Assembly: GCF_006345805.1 (NCBI RefSeq)
Contig: NW_021835999.1
Coordinates: 186,001 to 250,000, forward strand
Source: Octopus sinensis
Lineage: Eukaryota
Direction: 5' to 3'
DNA length: 64,000 nt
Both the position numbers and the translations under genes were made by a program. Of this stretch, positions 63,009-64,000 are shown piece after piece. The notes beneath the pieces were generated by a model. It saw only the letters and a list, made by a program, of their open reading frames with translations. It searched no databases and was not told the origin of the DNA. How positions within the stretch are numbered: the first letter of the stretch is position 1; every line of letters starts with the position of its first letter.

Positions 63009-64000
63009 ATGACTTTATCTCCAATGAATAATGAGCAACTCGGATCCTTCAGAATTCCGAAATACGAAAAAGAATTGCCAACGACACATTCTGGTCTGTT
63101 CATTTTCATTATTTTTTTATTACTAATCGTCAACCCACAATAAAATATTAGACGTATTTGCTTTAACTTATTATTTGCACTTTATCACCATAGAAAAATT
63201 GATTTAAATGTTAACAAGTCTTTTTTAATTTTTTTAAATTCTAAATTTTGAAGACGCGGGTTTAACTGACAACAACGAACTACAAAATTTTGCTAACAAA
63301 AAACTGAAGAAAAAGAAAAAACCGTTTTCAGTAACTGACTAATCAAATAGGAAAAGAATAAAAATCTGCATTGATTTCTGTCGTTACAAAGCAGGTGGAT
63401 TAATTCCATAATTTGAAGTTCGGACAACCGCAATTCAATATGGATTTGAAATTGTGGGACAAGACGACGACTGGAATCTGCTCTGGTCGGATTCCTCGAT
63501 TAATATTGATCGGTTTTTTGCCCTCAAGCCTCATCAGGTCGGCATTTTTGTGATATTCACAGAAAATAAACCACTTTTCGGGGATGGTGGAGATTTGCAG
63601 AAAGGATTTCCTCAATCGTAATTTAATGAAGATGAGAAAATTGTTCCCGAAGGAATACAATTTCTTCCCCAAGACATGGAATCTTTCAGCCGAGTTGTCC
63701 CCGTTTGTCACGTGTTGCAGCTACGGGGATCTTCAGATGTACATGTCCGCAAAAAAGGGCAAGACCTACATAATTAAGCCCGACACTGGCTGTCAGGGTC
63801 GGGGGATTTGGATGACCAAAACACGCGGGAACTCAAGCCGATCCCCAACATGATGTGCCAGATTTATATTTCGAGGGTAGTTTTGTCACCCTACGTTAGC
63901 CTCTCCTTATTGATGGGTTCAAATTCGATCTGCGACTGTATGTTTTGATAACCTTCTGCGACCCTTTGCGAATATTTTTGTACAACGATGGACTGGCACG
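63009..64000 (+). CDS. TTLL6: Tubulin polyglutamylase TTLL6/TTLL13, runs off the window
   Basis: DWNLLWSD, Q|[53 protein letters not shown]. Apparent 1-nt deletion in the A-run at 63818-63821. Confidence 0.9.

Noticed and set aside
1-64000. Alternative genetic code or stop readthrough to explain fragmented ORFs
   Set aside because: In-frame stops fall inside removable GT-AG micro-introns, and TAA, TAG and TGA all terminate genes.

Overview
Eukaryotic (animal) nuclear DNA, not prokaryotic. About 20 compact host genes are interleaved with a patchwork of decayed transposon fragments. Hand-spliced host genes: C2H2 zinc-finger protein, PGGT1B, MPDU1, ATP5ME, UQCR10, NEPRO/RMP64-like, ZER1, NAA10, a TSP1+Ig type-I membrane protein, ANAPC2, CIMIP7/C3orf84-like, KRTCAP2, BORCS5-like, two coiled-coil genes, GTPBP3, NRAMP/SLC11A, ELL, filamin, a RhoGAP and TTLL6/13. 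Almost every intron I could resolve is a GT-AG intron of only 21-29 nt. Together with metazoan and ciliary genes, this points to a dicyemid mesozoan (inference). Transposon content includes a tandem SPIN/Buster-like hAT dimer, nested Tc1 elements, pogo/Tigger elements and a MITE, R4-like, CRE-like and APE-type non-LTR fragments, and a Ginger-like integrase. The most interesting signals are: (1) length-defined micro-introns, many of them 3n and stop-free; (2) an operon-like 45-nt NEPRO-UQCR10 spacer with a polyA signal followed by an unpaired splice acceptor; (3) three host genes whose 5' ends are replaced by transposon fragments, one with a templated-insertion scar; (4) a recurring motif/inverted repeat at fragment junctions; (5) R4-like retroelements that resemble microsporidian ones. 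All protein identities are from remembered family motifs, with no database search. The assembly appears to carry 1-nt homopolymer deletions, so isolated frameshifts are not treated as biology.
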